64,000 nucleotides of DNA from Chrysemys picta bellii (taxonomy: Eukaryota), in NCBI RefSeq assembly GCF_011386835.1, contig NC_088794.1:16616001-16680000 (forward strand), written 5' to 3'. The notes below the pieces were generated by a model. That model saw only the letters and a list, made by a program, of their open reading frames with translations. It ran no database searches and had not been told where the DNA came from. Below are positions 26,211-39,865 of this stretch, piece after piece (the stretch's first letter is position 1; every line of letters starts with the position of its first letter). Position numbers and translations under genes: made by a program.

Positions 26211-26881
26211 TCATTAAATGGATGGCTAAGTATATCTGTTTAGTCTGCAGAGCTGGGTTCAACTTACTAACAAATTAAAATGAGCTCCTCTTTCACACAC
26301 TCATAGAAGTTAGAAGGGGCAAGACCTTACTGCTCTGGCCGTTACTGCCATCAGTGCAAACCCTTGGTGTAGACAAGGCAAGCTGCTACGGGCAGCCAAC
26401 GTAACGGTGCAGCTTAGCCTGGTTTTAACTAGGAATAAGCTGCCCCAGGGCAAGTACCAGTTGCCTGTCTACACTGAGGGTTTGCATGGGTGCAGGTACA
26501 CCAGTGGCTGGCTGAAATCAGGGTGTCTCCTCTTGAGTCTATTCTGCAGTGCTTTCTCTGATCCCAGGGCTTTAGGGGTTTATCTATACAGCAAAAGCTT
26601 TTCACAAGCTAGCCTACCTGAACTAGCTTGAATCCAGCCAGTGTGAGTAACAATAGCAGTGCAGACACCACAGCACGGCTTTCAGCACGGTAGTACAAGC
26701 CCAGCAGAGGCCCTGGTTATGGACTTCACTCATAGCCTGCCTTAAAGTCTGCACTGTCTTCACTGCTATTGTTAGCTTGAATCCAGCTCCTGCAGCTGTC
26801 TCGTGTAGACTTGGGGTGTGTCTCATAAGTTGGTGCTTTCACTACTGCCCCTTGGAGGACACACTACAGACTAACACCTGT

Positions 26882-27096
26882 CAGGGCCAGCTCCAGGGTT
26901 TTTGCCGCCCCAAGCAGCGCAAAAAAAAAGGCCGCGATCGCGATCTGCGGCGGCAATTCAGCAGGAGGTCCTTCGCTCCGAGCAGGAGTGAGGGACCGTC
27001 CGCCGAATTCCCGCCGAATAGCTGGACGTGCTGCCCCTCTCCGGAGTGGCCGCCCCAAGCACTTGCTTGGCAAGCTGGTGCCTGGAGCCGGCCCTG
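26882..27096. mobile_element. hAT MITE (CAGGGCCGGCTC family)
   Basis: Perfect 8-bp TSD ACACCTGT (26874-26881, 27097-27104); TIRs CAGGGCCAGCTCCAG / CTGGAGCCGGCCCTG. Confidence 0.9.
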
Positions 27097-30000
27097 ACAC
27101 CTGTGATGGTTCAGAAGCTGTTCCTCAGATTCACTTTCCTCATTTCATCTCATCCCTTTTAAATCATTCCTCTCCCTCCTTGTATTTTCAGTGTTGTTGT
27201 TGTTCATGCTTCAATTTGTTACTTTTTGACAAGAAAGGACACTTATTATTATAAGGTGTCAGGTTCTGATTAATTTCACTCCATCATCATCAAATTGTGA
27301 GAAAGAAACAGACACAAGAGCTTTTCTAAAAACACAATAATATTTACCATTTACGTGATGCTGTTCCTCTGTTGAACACTTCGCAGACTTTAGCTAATGG
27401 TCACAACCTCTGGTGAGCCGGGTAAATATCATTATCCTCCTTTGACCGAGAGGGAGGGGAGAAAACAAGCATTAAGCACTGGGGTAGATTTGTGGGGTTG
27501 CACCAGGGCTGAATGTGGCCCAAAGAGTTTGACTGGTCCTAGGCCTCAGAGGGAGTTGGTAAGGAGACACTACCTGCCAGGCCCGTGCTGCAGCTGGAAG
27601 GGAGTCTCCCAGCCTGGGTAGACTGACTTGTGGTAGCAGGGTTTGAGCTAGTGCACTAAAAATAGCTGCATGGATGTTGCGTCTCTGGCAGAGATTCTGG
27701 TTAGCCACCCGAGTTCAGTAACCCCCTCTCCCCCAGACTCTCCCCACCCTGTCTGTCTTATGAAAACATGGGTGATTTTCATACTTGGGCCCTATCATGT
27801 CATCCTTTGTTGTTGGAGCCTGATATGTGGCCCCCTCCAGATGCCTTTCAGCCAATGAAATCACAGCTTTTAGCTGAAAAGATCTTGCATCCCCATCTCT
27901 TGTGCAGTTTCACCACTGCTGGTTTTTAGAGACTAAAATGTACTAGGACTGCAGGGCTATAGAAAAGCAAGGATAATGGCGGTGCTGATTGTACAAAGAG
28001 ATCAGCAGGTTAAGAAATCAAGCAGCCGAGCTTGGTGGAATGAGTTCAGGGATTGCTGCCTCTCCTACATCAAACGTCGGTTTTGGATTATTTTACAGGC
28101 TGTAGCTTGGTTTTGACAGACCCACCCCAAGAGAGTATGTTCTAGGCCTCCCCCAACAGGGAACAGTCCAAGAGTCCCTTGATTTGTATAAAAGCCAGGT
28201 TAGGAGCTCATCGGTCACTCTTTTTCCCCCCAGCACCCTCGCTGTAATAAAATTCGCCTTGGAATCATCGATGGCTGTCCCTGACAGCAGCCACCAGGGT
28301 GCATCTGAGCTCATAGTCAGCTCAACCTAGAGAAAAGGAAACCCTTGGCAAATTGAAATGCGACAGGACTCCTGACCCATTGTGACAAGTTTTCGTTGGT
28401 TTCCTATTTAATGCTTTCTCCAGCTCTGTATAAGCTCACTAACTCCCTGCAGTTTAAGATCATGAGAAACATTAACCTCAACAGAAAAGGAGGATTCAGG
28501 CAATGTTACATTTTCCAGCAGAGCGAAAGAGAGAAGAGGCTATATTCTTCTCTTTGCAAATCTGGAGTAACGCTTTTGACTTCAGTGGAGCTGCTCAGGG
28601 TTTACGCTGGTGTAACAGAGCAGAATATGGCCTTGTCAAGTGAAATCCATGAGATTCTAGTATGGGCAAGTGAGTCTCTCATCTAGCAATATTCTCCTTA
28701 TCTAACATTTGAACGTCTGAACATGAATTTCTCTCCAGCTCACCCTTCTGCTGGAGCTCAGCCACCTCAATAGGTGCATACATGGACATGCACACATGTG
28801 TACACTCAGTGTCTGCGCTTATGTTTCTTCCAGTTATCACCGTAGAGTTAGACACTTGTGTCCACAGGCAGGAATCCAGAACGGTTATCTCCCGAGTGCC
28901 CCAGATATTGTGAGGGAATAACTTGTGCTATAACCTTACCCAGTCTACAGGGAGGGGCTGATTTCACTGGCGACTGAATAATGTATTCTTTTTCCATCAC
29001 GCCTTTTCAGCATCACTGATCTCAAAACGCCATACAGAATATGGAATGTGCACCGATGAAATGCAGCCACCTCTGGGGCAACCAGCTGGTGTACAAACAC
29101 ATTGGTGGAGGGAGTGGGGAAACTGGCAAAGGACAAAGCCCTGGCTTTATTAGAGGTGCCTCGATAGAATGAACCTTCGTTTGTAAGGGCTCACTCCAAA
29201 GATTCACCTCACATAGCAGCATGGTACTCTGCTTACCTACCCCTGATGGGTGAAGGCCTGTACTGGTCGTCTAGGACTGGTCGAACCAGAGCTGGATCAC
29301 CCGGGTAAGGAGCTCCATGCTTGATCTTAGGTGAGATGTCCATATGGGGCTACTCAGATGTCCCCAAGCTCATTTGACTTGTTTTCTAATAACCAGGAGG
29401 CACTGCCAGCCTGGAAGTTTTTCTAACCTGCAGCAGCCTCGGCTCGGGTGGTATGGCCACAGAATTTCCACAGGCCAATGTCTGTTAATTTAAAATTAAA
29501 AAGGGCATGCAGGGAATTAACAAAAACCTCTCAAGGCACCAACAACGATCACTTCCTGTGCGAAATTCACTCTGGGCACAAAGCACAAGGCCCCTGTGGC
29601 TCTTAACTCCCACTGAACCATGGTTTAAGGCCCTTGTGTTTACTTAGGTCCTGATTCAGCAAAACCCTTAAGCATATGCTTAAATTTAGACTTAAGGTGC
29701 AATTAAGTGGTGCAGAGGCTGTGTGCGCTGCTTCTTTGCCCAGGGGTGAACGTCACCTTGGTTATGTAGCCATTGAATTGAGAGCACCACCTGCTCGCTT
29801 CCATGTGATGCTAACCCCTATTCTACCAGCCTGATGGGTTCAGAGATCTTTTATCTCAGAGGCGTTTTGTTTTCTTTTTTATTTTTCAATAATCTTTTAA
29901 CAATAAATAAACTTCTCCCCTCTCCCCCTTCAACAGAATGCAACTCCCTCTCTTTCCCACAAGCATTTGTACTGTTTGCACAAGGCTGGGTTACAAGACG

Positions 30001-30809
30001 CCAGGAGCAAAATAGGCTCCGCCGGCAGTTTCCCTCATACTAAATGATTCAGACAGTTGTAACATTTAAGAAGTCTTATTTTCTTCTCCTTGAGTTAAGC
30101 AGGAGAAATAAAACCACAAAACAACTTGCAGCTAAGCTGCTCGTGTTCTGAGCTGGAGATTCCATCCCTGCGGTGTTCATGCTAGCTGTGGGCTGGGCAC
30201 TGCCATAGAATATTTTATCACTGTCCAACTTGGAAAGTAATATCGGCGGTCTCCGTCCAAGTAAAAAGAGAGCATAGCTTAGCCGTGGTTATTGCAGATT
30301 GGTTGCCTCCATCACCCGGCCTGTGTGTCTCCTTCAAAGCTGGAGGCACGAGGGGTCTCTCCAGGGAATGTTTGAATCTTAGGGGATTGACCTAAGTGGA
30401 CTCTGAGCTTGACACGAGCAGAAGATACGGTTCTGCTTGTGTTAACAAATCAATGTCTTCCATTTTCAGGGGTCTGAGTTTTAGGGGAGCCTACAGGCAG
30501 ACCCTTAGCGCAGGGTTCAATAGGGTTGCACCAGTGGAACAGAGCGCCGAGTTTGACCCCCTATACTGGCCCGTGTAACTAAGCTCTTGAATCATTCCCA
30601 CTGAAAGACTCTTCACCATTTATCCTGTTTGCAGTTAGCTTCCCTCTCTCCAGTCAGTTCAGCGCTCTAGTTCTCATACCCTAGCCCAGTGCACTTGCAT
30701 CCAGGTTCCCAGCATCACAGGGAGATGTGTAAATGCCAAGGAGAAACCCTGTTGTCACTGAAATGAAAGGAAATGAATTATAGTTAACATGCAGTCCTTC
30801 CGTTTACAG

Positions 30810-30986
30810 CAGTGTTTCTCAAAGTGGTGGTCCGTGGACCGGTGCCGGTCCGTGAGCCATCGGCTGCCGGTCCACGGCGAGTTTCCTCATAAGAGCGTTG
30901 AATAGGGTAATAATATGGCACCGGTCCCTGGCACATTGGGGGAAAAAATTGCCGGTCCCCCACATCAGATAGCTTGAGAAGCACTG
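30810..30986. mobile_element. hAT (Charlie-like) MITE
   Basis: Perfect 8-bp TSD GTTTACAG (30802-30809, 30987-30994); TIRs CAGTGTTTCTCAA / TTGAGAAGCACTG. Confidence 0.9.
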
Positions 30987-32338
30987 GTTTACAGGACCCG
31001 AGTCTATGCTCTCGCCTCCGTCAGCAGTGTCCCTTCTTTAACAGCATAAAACTTCCCTAATGTCTGCAGCCTCTGTGATAAATAAATAAAAAACCAGTTT
31101 TCTTGAGAACAAGCAGCTCTCTGATCTCCTATTCATTTATTTGCAGGCCTCATTAATATAACATCACTGCAACAAACAGCTAAAGGGGGGTAGTGTCAGG
31201 CTGAATAATGGAGTTGCTCTGCTGAGATAACAATTAGGTTCTGAATGTGCTATCAGCTAAGACAGAGACAAGGAGGGATCATGCCGGGATGAGGAGCTAG
31301 GGATGCTTATGTGCTGGGTCCCTGCTGGGCTCATCAGCTGGGATCCAGCTAGCTTAGAACATAATAAAAAAATAAAAGGACAAAAAAGAAAAGAGAGAAG
31401 GTAAATGACACTTTGGTAATTTTTTTTGCCACTCTTTGCGTGGCTGGGACTCTTATCTTTTTTGTTGTGTCTTTGATGCTGAGTGTGATGGGGTATGATA
31501 GTCGCTTATACTGCAGGACTGTCTGGCTCACCTCTGACTGTAGCAAGGATATCCTTAGGATCAGCTGTAAGACACATCTCCATTCCACACACAGACCCTG
31601 CTTTTTGTAGCTCTGTGTTGTTTTACATTGAAAATGGTGAACCACCCCAACTGGGGTGACAGGAAACATTAATGATGCTAAAAAAACTGGATCCTACCTT
31701 AGGGGAGGGAACTTTCTAATGGTAGGTAAAGACGGGAGGGCTGGGAATCAGGATTCCTGGGTTCTGTTCCCTGCTCTGAGAGGGGAATGGGGTCTGATGG
31801 TTAGCGTAGGGGTGACTGGGAGTCACAACTTCTGGATTCTTGTCCTGGCTCTGCCACTGCTTTGTGGGGTGACTCTAGATAAATCACTTCTGCTCTCTGT
31901 GTCAGTTTCCCTGTCTCTAAAATAGGTTCAGTAATACCTATCTGTGACCCAGAGGACCCCTGTATTCACACCCTACACATCATTGTAATCTTTGTGCACA
32001 GTATACTTTGTGAGGTATCATTTAAAAACTAATAACATGCTGATCATCAATATTCTTGTGTAATGTATGTACAAAATTTGTATTAAGAGTTAAGAACATA
32101 AGCTGAAATGATGACTAATGGGTGTTTACCAGACAAGTCTGGGGATGGGGTGAACCAGGGTGTCATCAAAGTTAATTGACAATCAGTGGTCAATTGGCCA
32201 TTATTTGGCAACAAAGTGGGGCAGGAACAGGTCGATCTGCATTTTAGCAAACAACATGGAACTTCTTTCACCATAAGATTCCATGTCTCCGTCCTCACAG
32301 CTGGAAGGCACTTTATCAGGGGTAACCCTCAGGAAAAT

Positions 32339-32481
32339 CAATGAGGAGTCCTTGTGGCACCTTAGAAACTAACAAATTTATATGAGCATAAGCTTATAAA
32401 TAAATGTGTTAGTCTCTAAGGTGCCACAAGGACTCCTTGTTGATTTTGCTGATACAGACTAACATGGCTACCACTCTGAAA
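32339..32481 (+). mobile_element. Minimal Penelope-like fold-back insertion (hammerhead core absent)
   Basis: 12-bp TSD CCTCAGGAAAAT (32327-32338, 32482-32493); inverted arms about 32335-32381 / 32401-32447 with GGAGTCCTTGTGGCACCTTAG; about 35-nt unpaired tail homologous to the other PLE copies. Confidence 0.8.
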
Positions 32482-32875
32482 CCTCAGGAAAATGCAATTC
32501 AAAGGGTGACTGGACTGTAAAAGCGAGGGGCAAAAGCACCCCAAGCTTTCTCTCCCCATCTCTCTTTCATCTAAGATGACAAAGGAACCAGCCCTCTGAC
32601 TTAGGGGAGTTCCTGACCTGAGAATTTGGTCAGCCCTGTTGCTGTGATCTGTGGTAAGGATTTTGCCTGGAACCAAGTCTAGCTTGTTAAAACGTTTCTG
32701 GTAGCTAAAACTTATCTTTATTTCTCTTGTATCCATTTCTGACTTTAATACCTTATACTTGTTCTCACTTAAGCTCTTTCTCTGTGTAGTTAAATCATCT
32801 TGTTTTATTTTTTTCATTATAAACTAATCCAGTGTTGTGTTTAAACTGAACTGCTTGATAACTCCATTTAAAATA

Positions 32876-33063
32876 CACCTCTACCCCGATATAACGCAGT
32901 CCACGGGAGCCAAAAAATCTTACCGCGTTATAGGTGAAACCGCATTATATCGAACTTGCTTTGATCCGCCGGAGCGTGCAGCCCCGGCCCCCCGGAGCGC
33001 TGCTTTACCGCGTTATATCTGAATTCATGTTATATCGGGTCGCATTATATCGGGGTAGAGGTG
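32876..33063. mobile_element. Tc1/mariner (Tigger-like) MITE
   Basis: TIRs CACCTCTACCCCGATATAA / TTATATCGGGGTAGAGGTG; TA on the left, CA on the right (probably a mutated TA TSD). Confidence 0.8.
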
Positions 33064-33464
33064 CAGTAAACTTGAATATTGATTCCTTACAGGGGTAATG
33101 GACCTCTAATATCTGAACTGCCCTGGAGAAGGCTGGACAGTGCAGAACACACTGACTTGCACTGAGGATTTGCCCTGATTCCAGCCGCTGTGTCACCACA
33201 TCAGTGCAAACGGGGTAAGCTGTCATTTGCTTTGCTGCAGCTTACCCTGGTTCCAAGCTGGAGTAAGCAGCACCAGTGCGAACAGTGGCTTTGCCTGTGT
33301 ACAATAGGCGTTTGCACTGGTGCAGCTCCCCCAGGCTTTATAATATCATCTCTCCGGTCACTTTGGTGATATTCCTGCACTTTTATGAAGATAAGATCTA
33401 TGCAAATGCAAAACATAATTCTTTCACCTAATAGTCTCTGATGCTGATCCTTTTATGCAAAGCC

Positions 33465-33590
33465 TACTATGTCCCATTTTATAGATGGGGAAACCGAGGC
33501 AGAGAGCGGGAAAGTGACTTGCTCAGGCCACACAATGAGGTAGTTGCAGAGCTGGGAACAGAACCCAGGAGTGCTTACTCCCAATCCCAT
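33465..33590 (-). mobile_element. CORE-SINE (MIR-like) fragment
   Basis: CCCATTTTATAGATGGGGAAACCGAGGCAGAG...GTGACTTGCTCAGGCCACAC. Confidence 0.65.
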
Positions 33591-36500
33591 TTTAATTGAT
33601 AACAGATGTTCTAGAAACCGTCAGGATTTGTCTTCGCAAGAGAGAACTAAAATACCCTGGTGATGAGCACAGTATAACAATGTAGACACATGGGAAGAGG
33701 TATTAAATAGAATGAGATGGTCTTGTTACGTGGAGATTGTTTCCTCCTGCATCTCAGAACAGAAAATGAGATTATTCTTAACGAGAATCTCCTGTCTCCA
33801 GTTCATGCATCCTCCAAGTGTGACTGGCTGTCGCTGAAATTCGAGAGACACTGTGATGTCAGCAGCAGCCTCGGGTCAGACTTGCTGTGCATAATTGGGT
33901 TGTGCATCCACATAAGTATAGGGTCTGATCATGGTATGTAAAAAAATAACCCAAAGTCCAACTGCTGCTGCCGTTTCATCATGGCAGTCGCACTGCATCG
34001 TGCAGTGCACAGGCCAAGTCCAGTTCTGCTCAGAGGAGGTCACCGAAGTTCTGCACAACTGGACCTCTAAGACTTTGCTCCTTTCTATGGTTTTGACTGA
34101 ATCTCCCCAGCTGTAATTAATTGAATGCATCTGTTCTAACCCTGGGGCTGCTCTTTGGCACAGTTATTTCAAAACTGTTCAATTAGCGGCCCCTAAAATC
34201 TAGGTCGAATGGAAATCTGGTTCGGGCATTTTCCAGGTCAGGACATTATCAAAATAAAAAATATAAAAAAAACGTTGTTTTGTTTGGCAACACGGTCTGG
34301 TTTTGTCGGTTGCAGTTGGGTCAGAAAATGGCAAGCCACAGGGGTGGTTTTTTTGGATGTGTGATAAGTCAACACATCCTGTAGTGTAAATACTGCGATA
34401 AGTAGGGTTTCAACTAATTTACAGTCGTAAGGAAAGTAAACTGTCAAGAATTGTGTTCTGGTTATGTGTGACTAGCAGTGTCAACATTAGCAGCCCGGGC
34501 TGTCAATGTTCAATATAATACAATACAACTTGATTTTTGTATAGTGTCTTCTTTGGGAACACGGTGCTTTGCAGAGCTAAGTGGTACAAGACATGCTACG
34601 TGGTATGAGTTTCAGAAAGCAGCGGTGCAACAGACACTGTATAGTGACTAAATTAAAGCCTTCAGTCATAAAACCCAGAGTGCAAAGAGAGAGAAATTGA
34701 GGCCTAGGCAGGGCAGAGAAAGGTATTTTAAAATACAATGCAGCTGTATATCGTATGGTCTATATCGCAAGTTGCAACCCAGAACATTTTGCCAAATTAA
34801 ATAATACAGCTTCAGAGTTAATAATAAATAGGAGCAGAGGTGAAGGGAGAGAAATTAAGACATATAAGGGAGGGAGAAAAGAAATAGTTTCAGCTGAGAT
34901 TTGAAAGGAGACGGGAAACAGAAAAATGAGGTAGAAAGATACAGGGAGGCTATTCCAGGCAGCAGATGCTGCGGAGAAGAAGGCTCCTGCATTGCTGGTA
35001 GTGGATATGTGAGGAGGCCAGTGTTAGGTAAGTGGAGGGGTTTAAAAAGGGATCATCCATAGAGGTCACGGGTTGGGGCACATGCCAATTAAATCTGTAG
35101 CCAGGGGATGTAATAGAACATGATATGCGGGGGTTCTAACGAGGGCTGCTTTGATGGGCTACTGAAACAGCGGGATATTCTGTATTTGCCAACATGAATG
35201 ATTATCAGTGTTCATGTGTTACATTTCATCTCCTTCCATGTACTAACGATTCAGATCCCACCTACAAAGCTGTTCTGAGCTCCTGGGGAAAGTGGGCAGC
35301 GGGTCAGAAAAGTTGGGTAGGATGGTGAGAGGGTCAGAAAGCTGGAGCTGGTAACCAAAGGCTGGGGATTAAGTCAATCTTGCATTAATAATAATCCTTT
35401 GCTCTTAACTAGCGATTTCACAATCCGTCTCAAAGTGCTTCACAAATGGAGAGTCTCTATCCTTATCCCCATTTTACAGACAAAGACCTGAGGCACAGAG
35501 ACTTTCCCAAGGCCTCACAGCAAGCCAGTGGAAAAGCCAGGAATAGAACCGAGGTCTCTTGGGTCCCAATCCTGTGGCCTCTCACTATCCTAGTGCATGC
35601 CACTGGCTGGGGAGGGGGAGTGATCTTTAATGAAATCCTATTGCAATTGGAACGGAGGTAATCATGATTGAGATACACTATAAATGGACATCTTTAGAAT
35701 GTACTCCTCACCCTTTAGCATTTCAAAGAGTTGTTTGAAGTGCTTCTCGTTGCCTTACTCACTAATAAAATGTGGTATTAAAATTCAGAGACCGTCCAAG
35801 GCAGAACGTAATGAAGTTCTCCATAGCAGCAGCCCACTTCTTTAAGGTTATGATCTTGTATATAAGTCTATAAAAAGGGAGCTGATCCTATCTTTCTAGC
35901 AGATATTTCTGCTGCTAATATTGTTCAGGCCTCTGCCAGCTGCAGCACTCCAGCCATCGTCGGTTCCGGCACAGTAGGCACAGACGCTGGCTCCCATGAC
36001 TACTGCAAGATGTCTGGGCGTGATATGGGGCATGGAAGTGAGAGAGGTGTGCTGGACTGGGGATGATGATGGGAGTCTCTGGCTGCCCCGAGGAGCCAGG
36101 TGGAAATGATGTCGGTTGCAGTGTTCGGTGCTTGCATTCAGCTTTGCGTGATAAAATTCATTATACAGCAAAACAGGTGAAGGAAGCACTGGGCTTTGTG
36201 GGAAAACCATCCAAAGACTCTCCTAGGTCCTGACGTGGTAAAGCCAAGGTCTTTGTGTGAATGAACCACTGTGCCGTAAACAAGTTCCATCTGCAAAGCC
36301 CAGTGGGTCTGAGAGGATCCCTGGGTCATTTCCCCATTATCTCCCTGTGTTGATGAATGAATTGGCATTACTCCCCCAATGGGCTGAAGAGGCGAATGGC
36401 AGCCCCTAATGGTGCCTGTGTGCACAGTAAGTTACCGGTGGGTCAGTGCTGTGGGATCACGCCACGGGGCTGTGCAAGCGTCCTGCATGCAGCTATGCAG

Positions 36501-36820
36501 ACTTACCTGCAGGCAGGCCCACAGCACCCCTATTGCTGCAGGAGCAGAGTCGCTGTGAGGAAGTACAATGGATTAACTCTTTCCTACCACGCTGCATCTC
36601 TTCCGCCTCTGCTGGTGGGAAATGGTGAGGAGAAGTTGGCAGGATAATCTCCCCTCCTGTCTGCAGCATTAATAGGCTGCCGGTCGGTTGGTTGCAGCTG
36701 CCAGCCCTTCGAGGGATCCCTCCAGACCTGGTGCAAAGAAAGTGCCAGGACATGAGCAGGCTCAAGGCACCTGCCAGGAGGCGATAGTAATGCAGATGCT
36801 GTATTTTGTTTCCTCTCCAG

Positions 36821-36972
36821 ATCCTGACAGTGTCAGGGCCCCCAGAAGGAGGGACGCGGGTGACGATCCATGGCGTGAACCTGGGGCTGGATTTCTCCGA
36901 GATTGCCCACAACGTGCAGGTGGCGGGGGTGCAGTGCACTCCTCTGCAGGAGCAGTACGTCATCGCAGAGCA
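36821..36972 (+). CDS. PLXNA2: Plexin-A2 coding exon h (152 nt, IPT domain)
   Basis: TCCAG acceptor; [50 protein letters not shown](Q); donor CA|GTAAG. Confidence 0.97.
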
Positions 36973-38454
36973 GTAAGTGCACTTGGCCCGGCTCTTAGAG
37001 TTCACTAGTGGATGCCTTTAGTTTCCTGGCGTCTTGGTGTACAGCACCCGATCTAGCAGCCCCTTCAGAAGGCCTGTTCTTCGTGATGAAAGCAAAAGCA
37101 CAATCAGCCCATGAGTCAGAGACGTGCTCCAGTCACTGCCTGCCTCTCTCCTCCCTGCTCTGCAGAACTGCGGCAGTGCCTTGCGGGCCAGATCCTCAGT
37201 GGTTGTAAACGGATGTAGCTCTCCTGACTTAAATGGGGCTGGGCCAGTTTACACCTGCTAAGGATCACACACTTGGATTTCATCCCAGGCACTAACCGGC
37301 CCTTTTAAAGGTTTATTAAGCATTTTGTTTCCTTCTGCACCATGGCTCCTGCTTTGCTAAGCAACTTTTCTGATGAGCACCTCGCTGTTTACCCTCAGCC
37401 TTCCCACCTCCCTCCCCTCCGGTTGGAATGCATCCCGCGCTGCTGACGGCAGGCAACCATTTGTTAGGTGTGTGAGGCGGTGACAGCAGTTTAATCCGAA
37501 TAGGCCTCCACTGGAGTCAATTCATTTATTTCACTGAGAAAAATGTCAGCCGAAAATTAGAAAATAGGCGTGTAACAGAGGAGAGGCAAATAAACCTCCC
37601 AAAGTGACACATGTCCCCATTTCAGATTGGGTTTTTTTTTTTTTGGAAGTTCTATTTTATTTTAGCCAAGATGCCAATATGCTTACGAGAGTAGGGGGTG
37701 CATTCATGCAGAGTGGGCAAGATGGAATATGTTAAGCAACTTCTTTTATTGAGTAATCTTTGCTGCACTGGCAAGGTGCTCTGGCAGCTCATACAGATAC
37801 AGTGCCGCACTGTCGGAGCAAGTCGGAGAGAGAGAGGAGAAACCCAAGGGACTGAGAATGGATCTGTCCCAGGGTCTGTAGCCGCTGAAAGTGGTTGTTC
37901 TTTGATGGCTTGAGTGAAATGAGTTTGGCGGGTCTCAGTCTAGTTCTCAAAGCAGAGGACGTGTCTGTCACTAAAAGCAGTTGGCTTTAATTCACCCCCT
38001 TGCTGGCAGTCCCAGCAGAGAGGCTGTGAAGACTGAGCTCCCCTTTCATGCCTAGCCACTACCTGAGCTGTTTCTGTGCTGTCCCTAGCAAAAGTACATT
38101 GTTCCTGGGGACTCAATTCCTTTCACATGGACTAAATACAGATTTTGCAGAAAGGATAGCGACCTGCTCAGCAAGATAAACTTGTCTGTAAGGCCAGGGC
38201 AAGGGAGAATTGCTCTGGTGAGCTCTGATGGATTACATTCAGCTTGAGTTCCCCTTTGGATAGTCAGGCTTAGCCCTGATCATATTCCCCTGACCATTCG
38301 CTCGTAAACACTGAGTGAAGTCTAAGTCCATCTCAGTTACCTGCCGCTCAGGTCAGCGATGCTGGTACTGTAAACTGAAATGGGGGGTTCGGTCACTCCA
38401 GGAGGTAGGGAGAAGAGATTTCAGGCTGGGAAGATCCTTTATTTTAAATAATAT

Positions 38455-38600
38455 AGTCCAGTGGTTAGAGCAGGAGACTGAAAGTCAGGATTTTTGAGTT
38501 CTGTTCCAAGGTCTTCCCTTTATTTGCTGTGTCAGTTTAGGCCAGTTACTTTAATCACTCTGTACCTCAGTTTCCACATCTCTAAAATAAGGATAATAAC
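38455..38600 (+). mobile_element. CORE-SINE (MIR-like) fragment with tRNA-derived head
   Basis: AGTGGTTAGAGCAGG head and CTCAGTTTCCACATCTCTAAAATAAGGATAATA core end. Confidence 0.6.
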
Positions 38601-38646
38601 ATTATCTACTGTTCTTAGTGTGGGGGGGGGGACTGTGAGCAGCTCA

Positions 38647-38960
38647 GGTTATGTCTACACTTGGAACTCGGGCTGGGATGCCGCTGTTCATGCACACATA
38701 CTCACGCTCATTCTCATTAAGCTAAGGCGAGTATAAAGATCAGTTTGGCTGCGGTAGCACGGGAGGCGGCCTTGGAGGCATGGCTGAGCCACGCCAAGTG
38801 TCTATCCACAGTTTCAGGTGGGTTTGTACTTGGCACAGCTCAGTCGTGCCACCACTACCAGAGCTACCTTGCCTATGCTGCTGTTTTGGACTCACACTAG
38901 CTCAATGAGTGTGTATGTGAGCAGCACATTCACACCCCTAGCTCTGAGTGTAGACATAGC
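38647..38960. mobile_element. PIF/Harbinger-type MITE
   Basis: Termini GGTTATGTCTACACT / AGTGTAGACATAGCC. Confidence 0.65.
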
Positions 38961-39842
38961 CTTGGGATTTGTCAAGTGCTTTCAGATCACTGGTGGAAAG
39001 ATGCTACCGAACTGCAAAGTATTATTAGTATTTTATTATATTAATGACTCAAAGCAGTGCACTAATACCATTGTAAGACATGGTGATTTCTCTCCGTTAT
39101 GCTATAAAACTGTAGTATTTTATTTTTGAAATCAGGGACGGGAGATTATAAAATTATCCTCCTTTGATAGTATGAAATCCTGATTTTATAATGACAATTC
39201 TAATTGCAGCTCTTAAGCTTTCAAAAGTTTGTTAACATCATTAAAACATTTATCCTGGGCAGATAACAGCAAGTGTTAGCATGAGAGCTGCCTTTTAAAG
39301 ATGAATCCGGATAAAAGGACCCTCTGAAGGGTTCTGTGGGCAGACTGAATTCCGAGACTGTAATGACTCACCATATGTTCCAGCCATGCAATCTATCAGC
39401 TGGCAATTAGGTTAATGTTGGTTAAAGGGCCACTTAGCCCAGAAATCAGCACCCTACAGCTCTGTCGAGTGCATCATTTTGTAGGAGGGTACCTGCTGGG
39501 AGTTTGGCCTGGATTAGGAATCAGAGCTCAGACGTACCATAGCAGCTTGTGCCACCATTCCTCATTCCCAACATGCCTGATGGTGTATGCAATCACGTGT
39601 GCCCTGTTACTTGTTCTGGGGCTACTCAAAGGTATTATTTGGGCAGCTGAGTAATGAAAAGGTCCACATTATTGGCTAATATTTGGTCATTTGATCTTTT
39701 CTTGAGTTTGCTGAAATCCAGCACTGGTGTCCCCGTCCCCCTGTTTGGAATAAAACCTGGATCCCACCACCCTTTCTTTGTGGCTTCTGCAACTAGTCCC
39801 TGGGTTTTGGCTGCCCATCTGGTGGAGGGAATAATGACTATC

Positions 39843-39865
39843 CTCTCTCTCTCTCTCTCTCTCTC
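39843..39865. repeat. (CT)n microsatellite
   Basis: About 11 CT units read directly. Confidence 0.9.

Larger units (their letters stand above)
31943..33140 (+). mobile_element. Probable solo LTR hosting two nested insertions
   Basis: Begins TGTGAC; LTR-like composition; the sequence resumes after each nested element is removed; right boundary uncertain and no TSD confirmed. Confidence 0.45.

Noticed and set aside
28093-28314. 73-aa minus ORF with protein-like look (MSSDAPWWLL...)
   Set aside because: No recognisable family or convincing ribosome-binding site, only modest CpG content; plus-strand TATAAAAG and AATAAA suggest a decayed LTR-like sequence instead.
34355-34379. 8-bp hairpin next to a T-run (terminator-like)
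   Set aside because: The T-run precedes rather than follows the stem on the plus strand; eukaryotic intron; expected by chance.
36493-37008. 170-aa minus and 106-aa plus ORFs
   Set aside because: Antisense or off-frame shadows of exon h.
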